Shown: positions 28,801 to 40,700 of the stretch, piece by piece
How positions within the stretch are numbered: position 1 is the stretch's first letter
Layout of the letters: each line of letters begins with the position of its first letter
Origin: Balanoglossus misakiensis
Lineage: Eukaryota > Animalia > Hemichordata
Direction of reading: 5' to 3'
Assembly (NCBI GenBank): GCA_040954595.2
Contig: CM082578.2
Span: forward strand, 18,122,728-18,186,727
DNA length: 64,000 nt
Program-made: the position numbers and the translations under genes
Notes under the pieces: model-generated
Seen by the model: the letters and a program-made list of their open reading frames with translations, nothing else
The model's database searches: none
What the model was told of the DNA's origin: nothing

Positions 28801-29857
28801 ATGTGTGTTGCTGTGAAACTAATGGAATTATGCCAAACACAAAGTCTTTTCAATATGAATGGTGATCAAGGACTATTAATTCATAACCCATCTAACGAGT
28901 TCTGCGTATCTGGCTTGGATATAGTACTGATAATTTTTTGCTTCACACTACTTCATAGGATACCCGCTTCGCAGCACATAAAGAGATCTCAAATCGTCGC
29001 CTCTTATGGCATGGTACTAATGTCGCCGTAGTGGCAGCCATTTTGAAGTCGGGACTTCGTATTATGCCCCACTCTGGTGGCCGTGTTGGGAGAGGAATAT
29101 ATTTTGCTTCAGAGAATGGCAAATCAGCTGGTTATGGTAAGTACATGTTTTGTGATTAAGTCATTCATCTTCTTTCATCTTACTCCAAGTGCACTAAAGT
29201 ACAACAGGTTATGCTAGAGGGTAAGCAAGCTGTTGAAGGTTGGGTTTCCAAAACGTTTCATCGTTTATCTGGCATGAAAATCAAAGTCTTAAGTAATGTT
29301 ATCCCGAGGTACGTATAACCATAACTCTGTCACTGCTGAATTAATCTTTTTTTTCTGTTGCATTGCAGTTGGCAGAACCGGTAAGAACATTGGTATAATG
29401 TTCCTGAATGAAGTGGCATTGGGCAAAGAACATGAGATCAAAAGAGACAATTCATCTCTTGTCAAAGCACCACCTGGCTATGATTCCATCATTGCAAGGG
29501 GCTCTCAGGAACCAGGTAAGGCATCACTGACAAAGGGTTAATTTTTCTGAGGTATAACTGGATTTTAACCATACATTTTCCTATCATATGGGATACTTTT
29601 TCAACCACAGAAACCCAAGTGTGAACTGTTTGTATAGTTTTTATCGTCACCTCCTGAATGTAGCTTACTGTTTTTCCCTCTCCTCAGATCCTTCCAAAGA
29701 TGTCACAATTGATATTGATGGCAATAAAGTCACCGTACCACAAGGCAAACCGGTCAGTCAGTCAAAATGGAAAGACAGCTACTTCTCACAGAGTGAATAT
29801 CTTGTGTACAAAGAAAGTCAAAATAGGATAAGGTACCTTCTCAAACTCCAGTTTTGA
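25819..29857 (+). CDS. PARP3: Protein mono-ADP-ribosyltransferase PARP3 (WGR, regulatory and catalytic domains)
   Basis: 10 phase-consistent exons: 25819-26007, 26237-26362, 26693-26893, 27242-27383, 27843-28120, 28403-28498, 28655-28741, 28959-29136, 29369-29515, 29688-29857. Motifs LNQTNIGFNNNKYY, WNRWGRVG, KMPLGKLSK, LLWHGTNVAVVAAILKSGLRIMPHSGGRVGRGIYFASE and SQSEYLVY. The H-Y-E triad is intact, and the short N-terminus without zinc fingers is typical of PARP3. Confidence 0.96.
26575..26666 (-). mobile_element. piggyBac-like MITE, copy 2 (PARP3 intron 2, inverted)
   Basis: TTAA-CCCTTTCACTCC...GGTGGTGAAAGGG-TGAA. Its reverse complement aligns with 5532-5622. Confidence 0.8.
26895..27042. 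mobile_element. Tc1/mariner-pogo (Tigger-like) MITE with TA TSD, PARP3 intron 3
   Basis: TA-CAGTAAAAC..AAACCTGTCTATACTGA ... TCAGTTTAGACAGGTTTTATTG-TA. The imperfect TIRs begin with CAGT and are flanked by TA. Confidence 0.7.
27516..27549. mobile_element. 20-bp palindromic micro-insertion or transposon footprint with 7-bp TSD, copy 1
   Basis: GTTTATA-[CATAGAC CCTAGG GTCTATG]-GTTTATA in PARP3 intron 4. Confidence 0.7.
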
Positions 29858-31242
29858 GTGGCGAGATCTTACGAGACTTGATTGATTACCTAGCAAGGGG
29901 TTGCTAGCCAAGTAATACAAGTCAAGCTTTCTGTGAATCTAGAATAGGTGCAGAGTTTTAACAAAAAATTTAACTTTTGTGCCAAGGGAAGTGTCACAAT
30001 GTTGTTTGTCCTGTTCCACAAGAATGTCTCCCATATGAATTGCCTAGACACGTGAAATCTTGCAAAAACATTAAAGGCATGACCTGATTATATTTTTTTT
30101 AAATCCCCACAAAGTCAACATAGTGTCATTTGTCAACTACGGATAAGGAGAAGATTGGAGTATTTCATCGATTAAATCTATGGTAAAAGTGGCATCTAAT
30201 TGGGGCTTTAAAACCACCGTCGTATGCCACAGGCCCCTTTACAGCAGCAGATTCTTTTGTGCTGGTTACATTGGGTTGTTTTAAAACAGGTCATGGAAAC
30301 AAGAGAAACGTGAACATGAACATTGTTTTGGTTTCTGTTACACCAAAAGTGCCATATATCTGGAATTTTTATCATTTATAGCCAGTATTTTAAATAAATT
30401 TTTGAAGTGCGAGTCTTTGTGAACATTTTTAAATTGTGTACTTTACGAGATAAAATAGTATTTTTTGTCAGTTATACAATCTTATTTTACATGTGTTATT
30501 TGTTCTTTACAGGGTAAAAGTAAAAGTATAATAAATCCTAAATGCCTTTGTATATTTTTTTCATAGATGTATTCTTCCCCTCCTGCTTGGTTAATCTTGT
30601 ATTGCATGTTGTAACCCACAAACAAGTATTGTCACACACACACAGTTTTAGTGTGGACGTAGCCGAGAGACTACATAGTATACATGATTAAGTTTTGCCT
30701 AGAAATGGCAGTGCAATATCTACAGTGTTATAATTTATTTTCATGAAAATTGGTGATTAATAAAAGTCTCCTGGTCCAGAATCAATACGAAATGGCCCAG
30801 ATAAATGCCTATTTCCTTGTGATGGGGGTTCAAGTGTTAAATGCATAGAAAGTGGATTTGAGACAGACACCTTGTTTTCACATTTCATATTGGTGAAACA
30901 TTTGTCGACAAATGTTCAATTGTTACTATAATTGCCTTAAACATATGGCGAAGGAACAAGACCCACATGCCTGTCCATCCCAATTGTCCACGCGTATGGT
31001 GGCTTTGCAAGTTAATCGGTCATCTAAAAATAATAAGAGTGGGAGTGTTAACAGCTTGGATTTGGCTTTCCATTGACTGGTCGTGTTTTACAAAGCTTGT
31101 TCCTAATATTCCCACCTTGTGTCAGTGTTCGTCTGTTTTTGCGAGTGCTTAACCTGTGCGTCTCCCATTGTATCAATGCGTTTCTCTACCATTAACGTTT
31201 CTTAACCCTGGTTCCTGCAAATCACACAGACCACTGCCGATC

Positions 31243-33443
31243 ATGAAGTCTCTGACAAGTTGGAAATGTGTTGGTTTATTTTTGTTCTCGTTGGTTATCG
31301 CGTTGATTTTCTTAGCGGAACTGTACTTCAACAATGTCCATATCAGGTATGTAGACTCTGAATGCTAGTAGTTGACTTATATAGCCCGACAATATATTTC
31401 CTCGCTAATCAGGCTCCGCTAATTGGATTGTTAAGCAAGAAAGCATGCAAGGAAGAACTATTGTCAAGTGTCTCCGAAAGTTGATCTCCTTCTTTAGCCT
31501 CATTATATTTCTATTAAACTGGACGCGATACTTAAAAAGTAAAAACGACCAGATTCCGCTGCATGATTGCAGCCATTTTAAAGTTCCATTATAGCGAGCG
31601 GTATGATGCCACTTCTGATGACAAAAACAATTACATGAATACCCGATGACAGATAGGTAACATTTCCATGGTTGCCAGTAAATGTTCATGCATTTAATTT
31701 GAATAACAAATTCTACCAAAAAACATACGTGTAATTTAGTACAATTTGAACTTACAAGTTGTTTTCGAAATCGTAACAAAACCTACAGGTCATTGATAAT
31801 CGTTGTGTGCGCACGGTTCATACGCTAATTCTATCCCAATGATCCTTTTGCACATGCCGGCTGCCAACACGTTATCCTCTTTATTCACTAGAGATTAAAG
31901 TTTAATATTGTGAAACTGTGATGTTACTTTGTCACAAATGCTAAACGCGCCCACGTCACCATAAAACGCTCGTGGCTCCCAAACGTCGGGAAAACCATCT
32001 GAGATAGCTTTAAGAGAACGCATTGTGAGACAATAACGAAAATACAATTGCTGACAGGTGGTGTCTGACTTTTTTGCATCACCACCCCAAATGGCATTAA
32101 TACTGGACACAAAACAGAAAACCTCTGCAAGAAAGCCAAAAGTTGTCACTGAATATCATTTCATATTCTGTTATTCTTCTACCAACAGCCACTCTCACTA
32201 TATTAACTTGGAGCCCCGATAAGCGACCCTGTGATGAATATTAAAAAAAACATATTGCTATTGAAGAAGTTTTTCCTCATTTTGACTATATACATATAAA
32301 TGTGCATTTGTTTTATTTCTGTTTTATTTATTTATAGTAAATCATATTCACTCCACGTATGGCATGGCGTTTTAACACTGTTTTATTCATAGATTCTTGC
32401 AGAATTCTGTCGTCTGGACACCACCCTCGCCACTTAGATACACTCACAGTCACCCCAAGACGAAGATCGTTTTCTTGAAAACATATAAGACAGCAAGCAC
32501 TACCGTATCATCCATTCTGATGAGATACGGGTACTACCACAATCTTTCCTTCCTTCTACCGAAGAGAAATCCGGTCTTTTCGCGTGTTGACCGTTTCCAC
32601 AGGCGCATGCTCACAGGTGCGGTCCCGCCTCTAAAAGTTAGCAACGGAAGCTATGATGTACTTGCTGTACACGTACCTTTCAACAAGCCGGAATTATCGG
32701 CCGTCTTCCAGAACGCCACATACATAACGATCATTCGCAATCCCGCAACACAGTTCGAATCTACGTTTGGGCAATATAAAATGGACACGAAGATTAAAGA
32801 AATGGAGGAAGACTTGGAAATCGGTATGGATCCACTGAAATTGTTCCTCTCCAACCCAAGAAAATATTATAACAATCCAAGTCCCAACATTAAAAGTTTA
32901 TTAAGAAATCGGCAGATATTTGATATTGGGCTTGAAATGGCGGACTTTGATAATGAAACAAGGATTGACGAAGTTATTAAGACTGCCGAAAATGACTTTG
33001 ACCTTGTGATGATTACGGAATATTTCGACGAATCCCTTGTTCTCTTGAGACGAATTTTGTCCTGGGAATTCAAAGATGTGGCCTACATTCTTCAGAACTA
33101 TAGACCCGAGTTTCTGCGCTTCCAACTCGACGACTGGGATACGCAGAGAATTCTTGAATGGAATCATGCAGACGATAAACTTTATCAACACTTCAATGCG
33201 ACGTTTTGGAGGAAGGTTGCTGAGTACGGCCCAGAATTCCAGACAGACCTGGCTGAACTTCGACGAACGCTGGACAAAGTGTCGTCAGATTGCCTCGACA
33301 AGGGGAGATACAAGATCACGTATCGAGACCGGCGAAACGACACCATGTTAAAAAAGAACGCTCCGCCATACTGTAAAGTAATGAACTGGGATGCAGATGT
33401 TGGAACATATGTGTTGAGAAAAAGACAGATGATGAAAGGTTAA
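31243..33443 (+). CDS. Galactose-3-O-sulfotransferase (GAL3ST family), type II Golgi membrane protein
   Basis: Exon 31243-31346 encodes a signal-anchor (MKSLTSWKCVGLFLFSLVIALIFLA) and joins in phase 2 to 32393-33443. Family motifs IVFLKTYKTASTT, YITIIRNP..QFES, RNRQIFDIG, FDLVMITEYFDESLVLL and WNHADDKLYQHFNATFW. Confidence 0.92.
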
Positions 33444-33920
33444 GCGGAACCCAATGCCAAGTCAAAACTATTTTCAACGGAACACTGTTAAGAGCGCTGT
33501 TCTCGAAAAGAACTAGAAAGTTGAAAATTTTGCCTTTTACCCGTCCTTTTGAACTAAGAAAGTTTTGATTCCTGTTCTCGTTTCCATAAAACAATGTGTC
33601 CCCAATTCCTCTTGCAAATGGAAGCCAATTAGTGTCAACGAGGAACACTAGTAGTTACTACTACTGCCAAAGTTCAATCAAAGAAATGTATGAGTCCATC
33701 AATAGATTCGTAATGAAAACATCGCTGATGTTAATTGTAAAAAAATAAAGAGTTCAAGCGAGATTTTAATTACAATTTGGATTAGTCCCTGCGCACTTTT
33801 TCTTGTTGACAACACACTACGTAAATGTCAGTTTTAAGGCAGAAAATTCCTTAATTAATGAAAGATAAATGTAGAAAAATCAAAATAGCGCGTCTATGTT
33901 ATGTTTGTATGGCAGTTTTA

Positions 33921-36900
33921 TCATTTGGAGGTTTTCGCTTCGGCGGCCATTCGTTTGAATATGCCATTTTCATAGTACATTAATTTTTGCGGGGAATCAA
34001 ATTCCTTCACAGCGCCCCCGTCCATGACTAAAATTCTGTCTGAATCCATCACGGTGTTCAGTCTGTGCGCAATAGTTAATACTGTGCAGTCCGCGAACTC
34101 TTCACGAATGGTCCTCTGGATCACTTCGTCTGTTTTCTGATCGACACTCGCCGTAGCCTCGTCCACGACGAGAATTCTGTTCCTCTTCAAAAGCGCACGT
34201 GCCAGGCAAATCAGTTGCTTCTGTCCTGCGCTCATATTAGCGGCTCCACACTCTGAAAATTCGGTCTCTAGTTGGTTCGGCATGTTTTCCACCAGCGTTT
34301 TCAACTGCACTTTTTCCAGGGCGTTCCAGATCGAAGATGAACTGTACTGGAAGAACGGGTCCAGATTGTACCGTAACGAGCCGGAGAAGAGAACGGGCTC
34401 TTGTGGTATCACCGCCACCCTGGATCTCAGATCCCGGAGGCACACATTGGCTGTGTCTATGCCATCGATTCGGATAAGACCAGTGATGTTCTCTGTCATC
34501 CGACACAGCGCGTTTACCAATGAACTTTTGCCGGCGCCCGTGCGGCCAACAATGCCGATCTTTTCGCCGGCCTTGGCGGTGAATTGGACATCATGCAGCA
34601 CCTCGCATTCTGAACGGCCGTCGTCTTCGGCATAGGATAGACCGACTCCCAGAAATTCTATGACACCATACCGCGGCCAATCGTCTGGGACTTTCCTCAG
34701 CATCTTTTCGGGACCCTTCTCTGGTTTCAGTTTTGTGTACTGCAGTGCACGATCCACGCTGTTGACATTCTCCTGTACATAGGAGCCAAGTTGCACAAGG
34801 TACGACACAACACCCGTAGCAACGTAGAAAGACGTTACCAAGGCAACTTGGCCGGGTGAGACACTGTCTGCCATGAAAATACACGCCGTGACTACAGCTC
34901 CAAGAGCGAGAGAAACGAGACTGTTCACGTGTAAGGCCAGCCACCTCGGGGCACTCATTGACACAAACGACACAGTCGTGTAGTTGTCATAGCATTGGTG
35001 AAAGTAATCTTCTAACGCGTGCACCATGTTGAAAGCTCTGATGCTGTGCAGTCCTTGTAGAGACACGGTAACAAGCGAGTATATGGGATCACGATTTGCC
35101 GACTGTAATTTTTCACACGCCCGTATTGTTCTAATGTAGAATTTTCCTGTGAAGTAGACGGCAACAAGCAGGGGCATAGTTGGCATGACGACGAACGGAT
35201 TTATGTAGACCGACATCAGAGCAACAGACGCAACATAGACAAAATTCTCAATGAACTCGGATGCATTGATGACCAGGTCCTGATCCATTGCTCTGACGTC
35301 GTTTGAAAATCGGTTCAGAATTCTGCCACTGGAAAAGAAACGGAGCTGTGTTCCTAACACCGAAGTGAACATGCTGTTGTAGATGTTGTTGGCTCCCGTG
35401 TTGACCAGGTTTCCAAATGCCACGCAACGGACTACCATGATTATCAAATATGTCAACACAGTTGCGATGTAGAGTACGGTCATAGGATAGAGTTCCCGGG
35501 ATTTGCTAGAAGCATTCACAGTGATTTCGCTCTGTTCACCGTTGGTGTCAGACGCAAACACATCCACCCAGTGTGCCAAGGTTAAGTCACTAAAGATGAG
35601 GGCAGCTTGGCCTAGCAAATTTAAGATTATGTACAACAGTGTTAATTTTAACCCGCTGACGTAGAGAAACTCTTTGCATATCGGCCAATAGGATTGACTT
35701 TTGTCAACTTCATCTATGTCCGAATTGTTGTCAATGTTCAGTTCGTTAAAAACGCCCATATTCTCTTTCTTTGAAATTCCCCCCTTCAAGTCTACGTGAG
35801 TGTTTTCATATTTTGATAAAAACGTATTGTCGAGTTTCATTTTCAAAACGATGTCGTTTTTCCCACTCTGAACAATTCTGCCGTCTTCAAGTACAATAAT
35901 GTGGTCTGCACTCTTGAGATACTGCAGCTGGTGCGTCACCAGGATGCGAGTCTTGTTGCCCAGGAAACCGCAAATGCATTCCTCCATGATGTGATTACCG
36001 ACTACAGTGTCAACTGCACTGAGTGGGTCGTCTAGAAGGTAGATTTGGGCATCTCTATAGGCCGCCCGTGCAAGGCCAATCCTGGCTCTTTGGCCACCAC
36101 TGAGATTGCGCCCTCTGTCGGCGAGTCGAGTCAGGTCGCCGGATGGGAGGGTCTCCAGGTCCCTCTTCAAAGCACATGCCTGCAGAACTTTTTCATAAAG
36201 ATCCCTATCGAATTTTTTACCAAATAAGATGTTTTCACGAAGGGTTCCTGGGAAAATCCACGGCTGCTGCGGGACGTACGCTATTTTACCGCCAACTCGT
36301 ACAATTCCAGTATGCGGGGTTAGTTCTCCCAGGGCTGCAGATAAAATCGACGATTTTCCGGATCCAAAATGGCCGACTATGCAAGCTAACTTACCTCTGT
36401 CAACTTGAAATGTAATGTCACGCAAAATGAAACTTTTGTTAACTGACTCAGCTGTGGAATTTGTGGTTCTATGGTTGTTGATATCAGGATCTTCCAAATA
36501 GACGGAAACATTCTGAAACATGACTTCCCCAAGGATTCCACATAAGTCAATGCCGCTCTTATTCGCACCGTTAACGTCATCACATCTACTTTCTTCAAGA
36601 AGCAAAAATTCCTCCATTCGTCGGAGCGAGACTCTGAGTTCTGAAACATGCTGAATGGCCCCCGTGAAACTCCACCCGACCATCCACGATAAGAAAGAAG
36701 TTAGAATAGTGACTAGAAACGTCTTCAGTGGGGTCAGGTCGTCTCCCATTAGCATAATTGTTACTATGGTTATGAATGAAAGGGACTTTTCAGTGCAGTA
36801 GACCAATGCTGATAGAGTCAGGTAGGTGAGAGAATACCTTTTTACGGCAACAGATTCAACCTTTCGAATTCTCATCATCATCTCTGTGAAGGGCTTCTCC

Positions 36901-37769
36901 CAGGCATAAAACTTGATGACTTGTATTCCTGCGATGAGTTCACTCATAAATTTCACTCTCTTGTCACTGATTGTTGATATTTGCTCGGCTAAGGAAGAAG
37001 ACAGCTTTGCTGAGAGCACTTGAAGAGGACACGAAACTGTGATCAGAAAAATGACCCCGATGAGCGCGACCATTCCCACATAGGACCACAAGAGGGCGAA
37101 GATGATAATGAGTGACAGAGGCGCTGTCCATATTGAGTGAAGATACCAAACCGCAGCATCGAATCGAGTCACGTCCGTCGATAGGAGATTAATCACATGG
37201 CCGCTGTCTGTTTTGGAATAAGCATAACGGTTCAGGCGCAGGGCTTTTTGATAAATCAGACAGCTGGTGGCAATTCTCGCCTGCATTGCCAACCGTGTCC
37301 ACAGAAATGCAGGCACGTTGGTGAACGCTTCAAGCACAGCGCACGCCGTGAACAGGGTGGCGCAGAGGTAGGCGTACGGCGTTTCTTCTGCAGGGTGTCC
37401 GCGACTGAAGAACGAAATCAGTTCCCCTGTAATTAAAGGCAGGGCTATCGCCCGGACCATATCCATAGCGAACACAACCACCCCTGCTATTCCAAACCGT
37501 TTCCCGAACTGTGCCATAATGACTCGGGAAAGACTTGGTTTACGACCGTCCTCACTGCTTGCATGAAGTTCACATTTCCATCTTCTTGTCACTTCTCTGC
37601 TCAGTGCAGCCGCTCGATCACACCATGCTGTATCGTTTAAGTCTTCATCTTTGAGGTCGCCTTTCCAACCTTTCTTGAATATAGGGTTCAGCCAGGCAAA
37701 CAGTAACCATGACAACCAGCCCACATTCTCTTCCAAGCAGGGCTTTCTGATGGTTTTTCTAGGTTTCAT
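33921..37769 (-). CDS. ABCC4/MRP4-like short ABCC transporter (TMD1-NBD1-TMD2-NBD2), single coding exon, 1282 aa
   Basis: Uninterrupted ORF with lasso-like FAWLNPIFKKG and IQVIKFYAWEKPF. NBD1 has GHFGSGKSS, LSGGQ and IYLLDD; NBD2 has GRTGAGKSS, MSAGQKQL, ILVVDEAT and IAHRL. There is no TMD0. A splice acceptor at 37789-37791 implies a 5'UTR intron (candidate donor at 40225). Confidence 0.93.
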   Translation of the reverse strand: MKPRKTIRKPCLEENVGWLSWLLFAWLNPIFKKGWKGDLKDEDLNDTAWCDRAAALSREVTRRWKCELHASSEDGRKPSLSRVIMAQFGKRFGIAGVVVFAMDMVRAIALPLITGELISFFSRGHPAEETPYAYLCATLFTACAVLEAFTNVPAFLWTRLAMQARIATSCLIYQKALRLNRYAYSKTDSGHVINLLSTDVTRFDAAVWYLHSIWTAPLSLIIIFALLWSYVGMVALIGVIFLITVSCPLQVLSAKLSSSLAEQISTISDKRVKFMSELIAGIQVIKFYAWEKPFTEMMMRIRKVESVAVKRYSLTYLTLSALVYCTEKSLSFITIVTIMLMGDDLTPLKTFLVTILTSFLSWMVGWSFTGAIQHVSELRVSLRRMEEFLLLEESRCDDVNGANKSGIDLCGILGEVMFQNVSVYLEDPDINNHRTTNSTAESVNKSFILRDITFQVDRGKLACIVGHFGSGKSSILSAALGELTPHTGIVRVGGKIAYVPQQPWIFPGTLRENILFGKKFDRDLYEKVLQACALKRDLETLPSGDLTRLADRGRNLSGGQRARIGLARAAYRDAQIYLLDDPLSAVDTVVGNHIMEECICGFLGNKTRILVTHQLQYLKSADHIIVLEDGRIVQSGKNDIVLKMKLDNTFLSKYENTHVDLKGGISKKENMGVFNELNIDNNSDIDEVDKSQSYWPICKEFLYVSGLKLTLLYIILNLLGQAALIFSDLTLAHWVDVFASDTNGEQSEITVNASSKSRELYPMTVLYIATVLTYLIIMVVRCVAFGNLVNTGANNIYNSMFTSVLGTQLRFFSSGRILNRFSNDVRAMDQDLVINASEFIENFVYVASVALMSVYINPFVVMPTMPLLVAVYFTGKFYIRTIRACEKLQSANRDPIYSLVTVSLQGLHSIRAFNMVHALEDYFHQCYDNYTTVSFVSMSAPRWLALHVNSLVSLALGAVVTACIFMADSVSPGQVALVTSFYVATGVVSYLVQLGSYVQENVNSVDRALQYTKLKPEKGPEKMLRKVPDDWPRYGVIEFLGVGLSYAEDDGRSECEVLHDVQFTAKAGEKIGIVGRTGAGKSSLVNALCRMTENITGLIRIDGIDTANVCLRDLRSRVAVIPQEPVLFSGSLRYNLDPFFQYSSSSIWNALEKVQLKTLVENMPNQLETEFSECGAANMSAGQKQLICLARALLKRNRILVVDEATASVDQKTDEVIQRTIREEFADCTVLTIAHRLNTVMDSDRILVMDGGAVKEFDSPQKLMYYENGIFKRMAAEAKTSK

Positions 37770-40700
37770 GATTTACGGAGAGAGTGGTCTGTAAAAATGA
37801 AAAACAAACACCCGTTTTGACGAATACCGTGCCAACAGTTTTTGCACCTATTCTAGTTTCATACAAAGCTTGGTTTGCCTTACTTGGTTACTATTATCAA
37901 TCTGTTTCTGCGATAATTAACCGTGTCTCGCGAGATTTTGCAATGAGCGGAAAATCGTCTATTGGGCCGATCTTTTAGATAAGTTCTGACTTTATTAAAT
38001 ACTTAACTATCTATCTATTGAAAGACCATATGGGACCTTTCAAATTTCTGCATCTTTTCATCCACGTTCCAACAGCGTTCACAAATGGAAACGTTGAAAC
38101 ATATGGAGTTGTCTATAGCGCGATACGGAATAAGTAGGGTCAATTGTGCAGTTATTTTTCGAATGGGTGTCTCTGTGTGCCTGATCTATTGTAGTATTAT
38201 TAGTATACAGGATGTGAACGATTCTGCTTTTCGATTTCTCTCCTTTTTTTGTCAAAGCCGTTGTCAACTTGTGATCTTACAGTCCAGAGCTTTTGATGGT
38301 GACTGATCTTTATGGCGCGGATTGATATGAGTAACGGTTGCCGCACAAACCTTCAACATCCAGCCTTTGCAAGTACTTTTTCACGTCCACATCATGTTTA
38401 TAACCATAAACACTTTCACCTATCCGGCCGGCTGTTATAACGTACATCATGAAATTGGGAAACCGCTACGCATGAGTTCAACGTGATTTGAATAGTACTG
38501 GTGTGTGCCTTATTGTACAAGTGGAAACATCATTTTGTCATTTCACACCAAACAGTATTTTCTCTTCCTACTTTTGCGCACAGTGTCGACAGGCCCAATA
38601 TGTGGTATATTATGAGAGTCTGGCCCCTGTTTATAAACTTAGACCGACGGTCGCGACACATTACACTGATATCAACAGACAATGCAATTGGCTTAGTACA
38701 TGTAAACCACATGTTGAATAACCAATGACGAATATTACCTTGAACAAAACCGTGACAGCAGCTGTTGTCTCAAGTCTCTGTGTCCCAAAAATAAAATCTG
38801 TCCACGTACACGTTACTGCAAACATATGTTTTCAGTCAATGACGGATCTCTCGGGCTCGTTTATTTTACTTATTGACTTCCCGTTCCATAATTAGATCCC
38901 GATTATTTTCCAAACATACGGTTCATAATTTAGAATCCGTGTGGTAGTTTCGTAATTTGTGAAATGTTTGTCTACTGTTACTAGGTATTATTTTATGTGT
39001 TCAAAGGTAACTTTGACATCACACCCATGCCATGGTTTACTATTTTCTCGCAGCTCGTATCATAAATTAGGCCCCAACACATAGCTTTTAGATTTAAACA
39101 ATAATTTACGCACGGTGGAGTGGTCGTGATTCATCATCAACACCCAAACCTTACCATTGTAACGTAGCATTATTTTTTCATTGAACAGGACACTTCAAAA
39201 CTTGTCAATTAATTACCTATTCCATTTCCGCCGACAATAATTACAATAATTGGTGCCACGTGACACTCCAAACCCATCAGTCACGCCCACCACATCCCCT
39301 GGGACTCTGAGCGTCGGCGTATAACCATAATTATAAATATGATATGAATGATGCCATTAAATTTTATCGCATCAGACACACCTCTTCGAATAATAACGAT
39401 AAAGACTTCATCTTTCTCATTTCCTGAGAGCAGTAGTCCATTATTTCAATTTTTCACAGTAATTGTTGTTGAAATTAAATATGGAGACAAATTACAGCGT
39501 TCTCTTAATAACTCTTAAAACTAATTTTTCGGGGGACATTTGTATTTCTAACGTTTGAAATGTTGCCCCAAATCACACTCCCTGGCATCTCTATTTCAAG
39601 CAGTTGAGAAAGAAATGGCCCAAGACTGAATAATTTAGCTAACCATTGAATGGTTGTATAAATATCTGAGGTCTAGCTTGGTACCAGTCGAAGAAGCAAC
39701 ATTTTCTTGAAAATGTGATCATAGCACACTTTATTGTACCAGAGGAACTGTTGCCGATTTTTGCTATCTGTCATTTTTTTTAATTTACCGATAAAGCGCA
39801 TACTTGTCGATAGTACTCGGCTGATTTTCTGCGGCACATTTGATGCAGTTCTCCCAATATAGCTTCAGTCAGGTTACAACCGTTTTATATACATGTACAA
39901 CCACCAAGGGAAGTCAAAACCCGCAAATCCCACAACGCGAAAATTATGCACTATTTTACTTTAAGGAAAAGAAATATAGTGTAGTTTGTCTCAAAACGCA
40001 ACGAATCGGTGTCGGTTGCTTTCAGTCAAACAGAAAGTTTTATCTTCATAGAATTTTTTTTTAAATAGTGAATGTGGGATTTTGTCAAATACGTGCGTAA
40101 AGTTTGAATGAACATGTGCGAATGATTGCCACCACGTACGCCATCATCAAATAATCGCAACATATTTTATCAGTAGTCGGCTGTTTAAATGTAGAACTTT
40201 ACAAACGAAAATTCTCCCATCTTACCTCCGAGACAGATCAACAGGTTGCACACAGATTCCAGAGCTTGACTTGACACTGTACGCTGCTCTGTGACTCAAC
40301 GTGAAGCTTAGTAGTCACTTTGGAAGTGTCGTACATGTGACAGGTTTCTGTGCTATGGTGTTATTATTCCGTCATTTCGTTAATTGACAGCTGGCGTCTG
40401 CTCGCTAGAGACTTCAAAAGTGTTTCAAATGAAGAACTCAGTTCAGATATAGATACCATCGCTCTCACACCGCGTAAATTACAAGATTACAGCCAAAAAC
40501 CAGTCTGCACACTGGCTATATACAACGTTACACAAATCACTTGGGAAAACACAACAATGCGGGCTCAGAAAAATACGGATCTGTCACGATATGAGAAAAT
40601 CGTGGCAGGTGATTCATGAATTCGACAAAAATAGCTGCCTTTGTGCAAATTGTCGCTCGCTGTTCGTGATTGGAGCACCGCACGTGATATACTGCCATTG

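Noticed and set aside
30071-30241. TTAAAGG...CCTTTA ends suggesting a Kolobok-like MITE in the PARP3 3'UTR
   Set aside because: The terminal match is too short and I found no second copy.
32189-32357. Possible GAL3ST micro-exons at 32189 and 32338
   Set aside because: The first hits an in-frame stop and the second needs a 45-nt intron; the direct 31346->32393 splice is in frame.
31243-37769. Sulfotransferase plus ABCC as a conjugate-and-export detox cluster
   Set aside because: GAL3ST enzymes act on glycans in the Golgi lumen and are not cytosolic SULTs, so adjacency gives no functional link.
33921-37769. Horizontal transfer or contamination as the origin of the intronless ABC ORF
   Set aside because: The protein is a eukaryote-type full ABCC with a spliceosomal acceptor upstream and host-like flanks.
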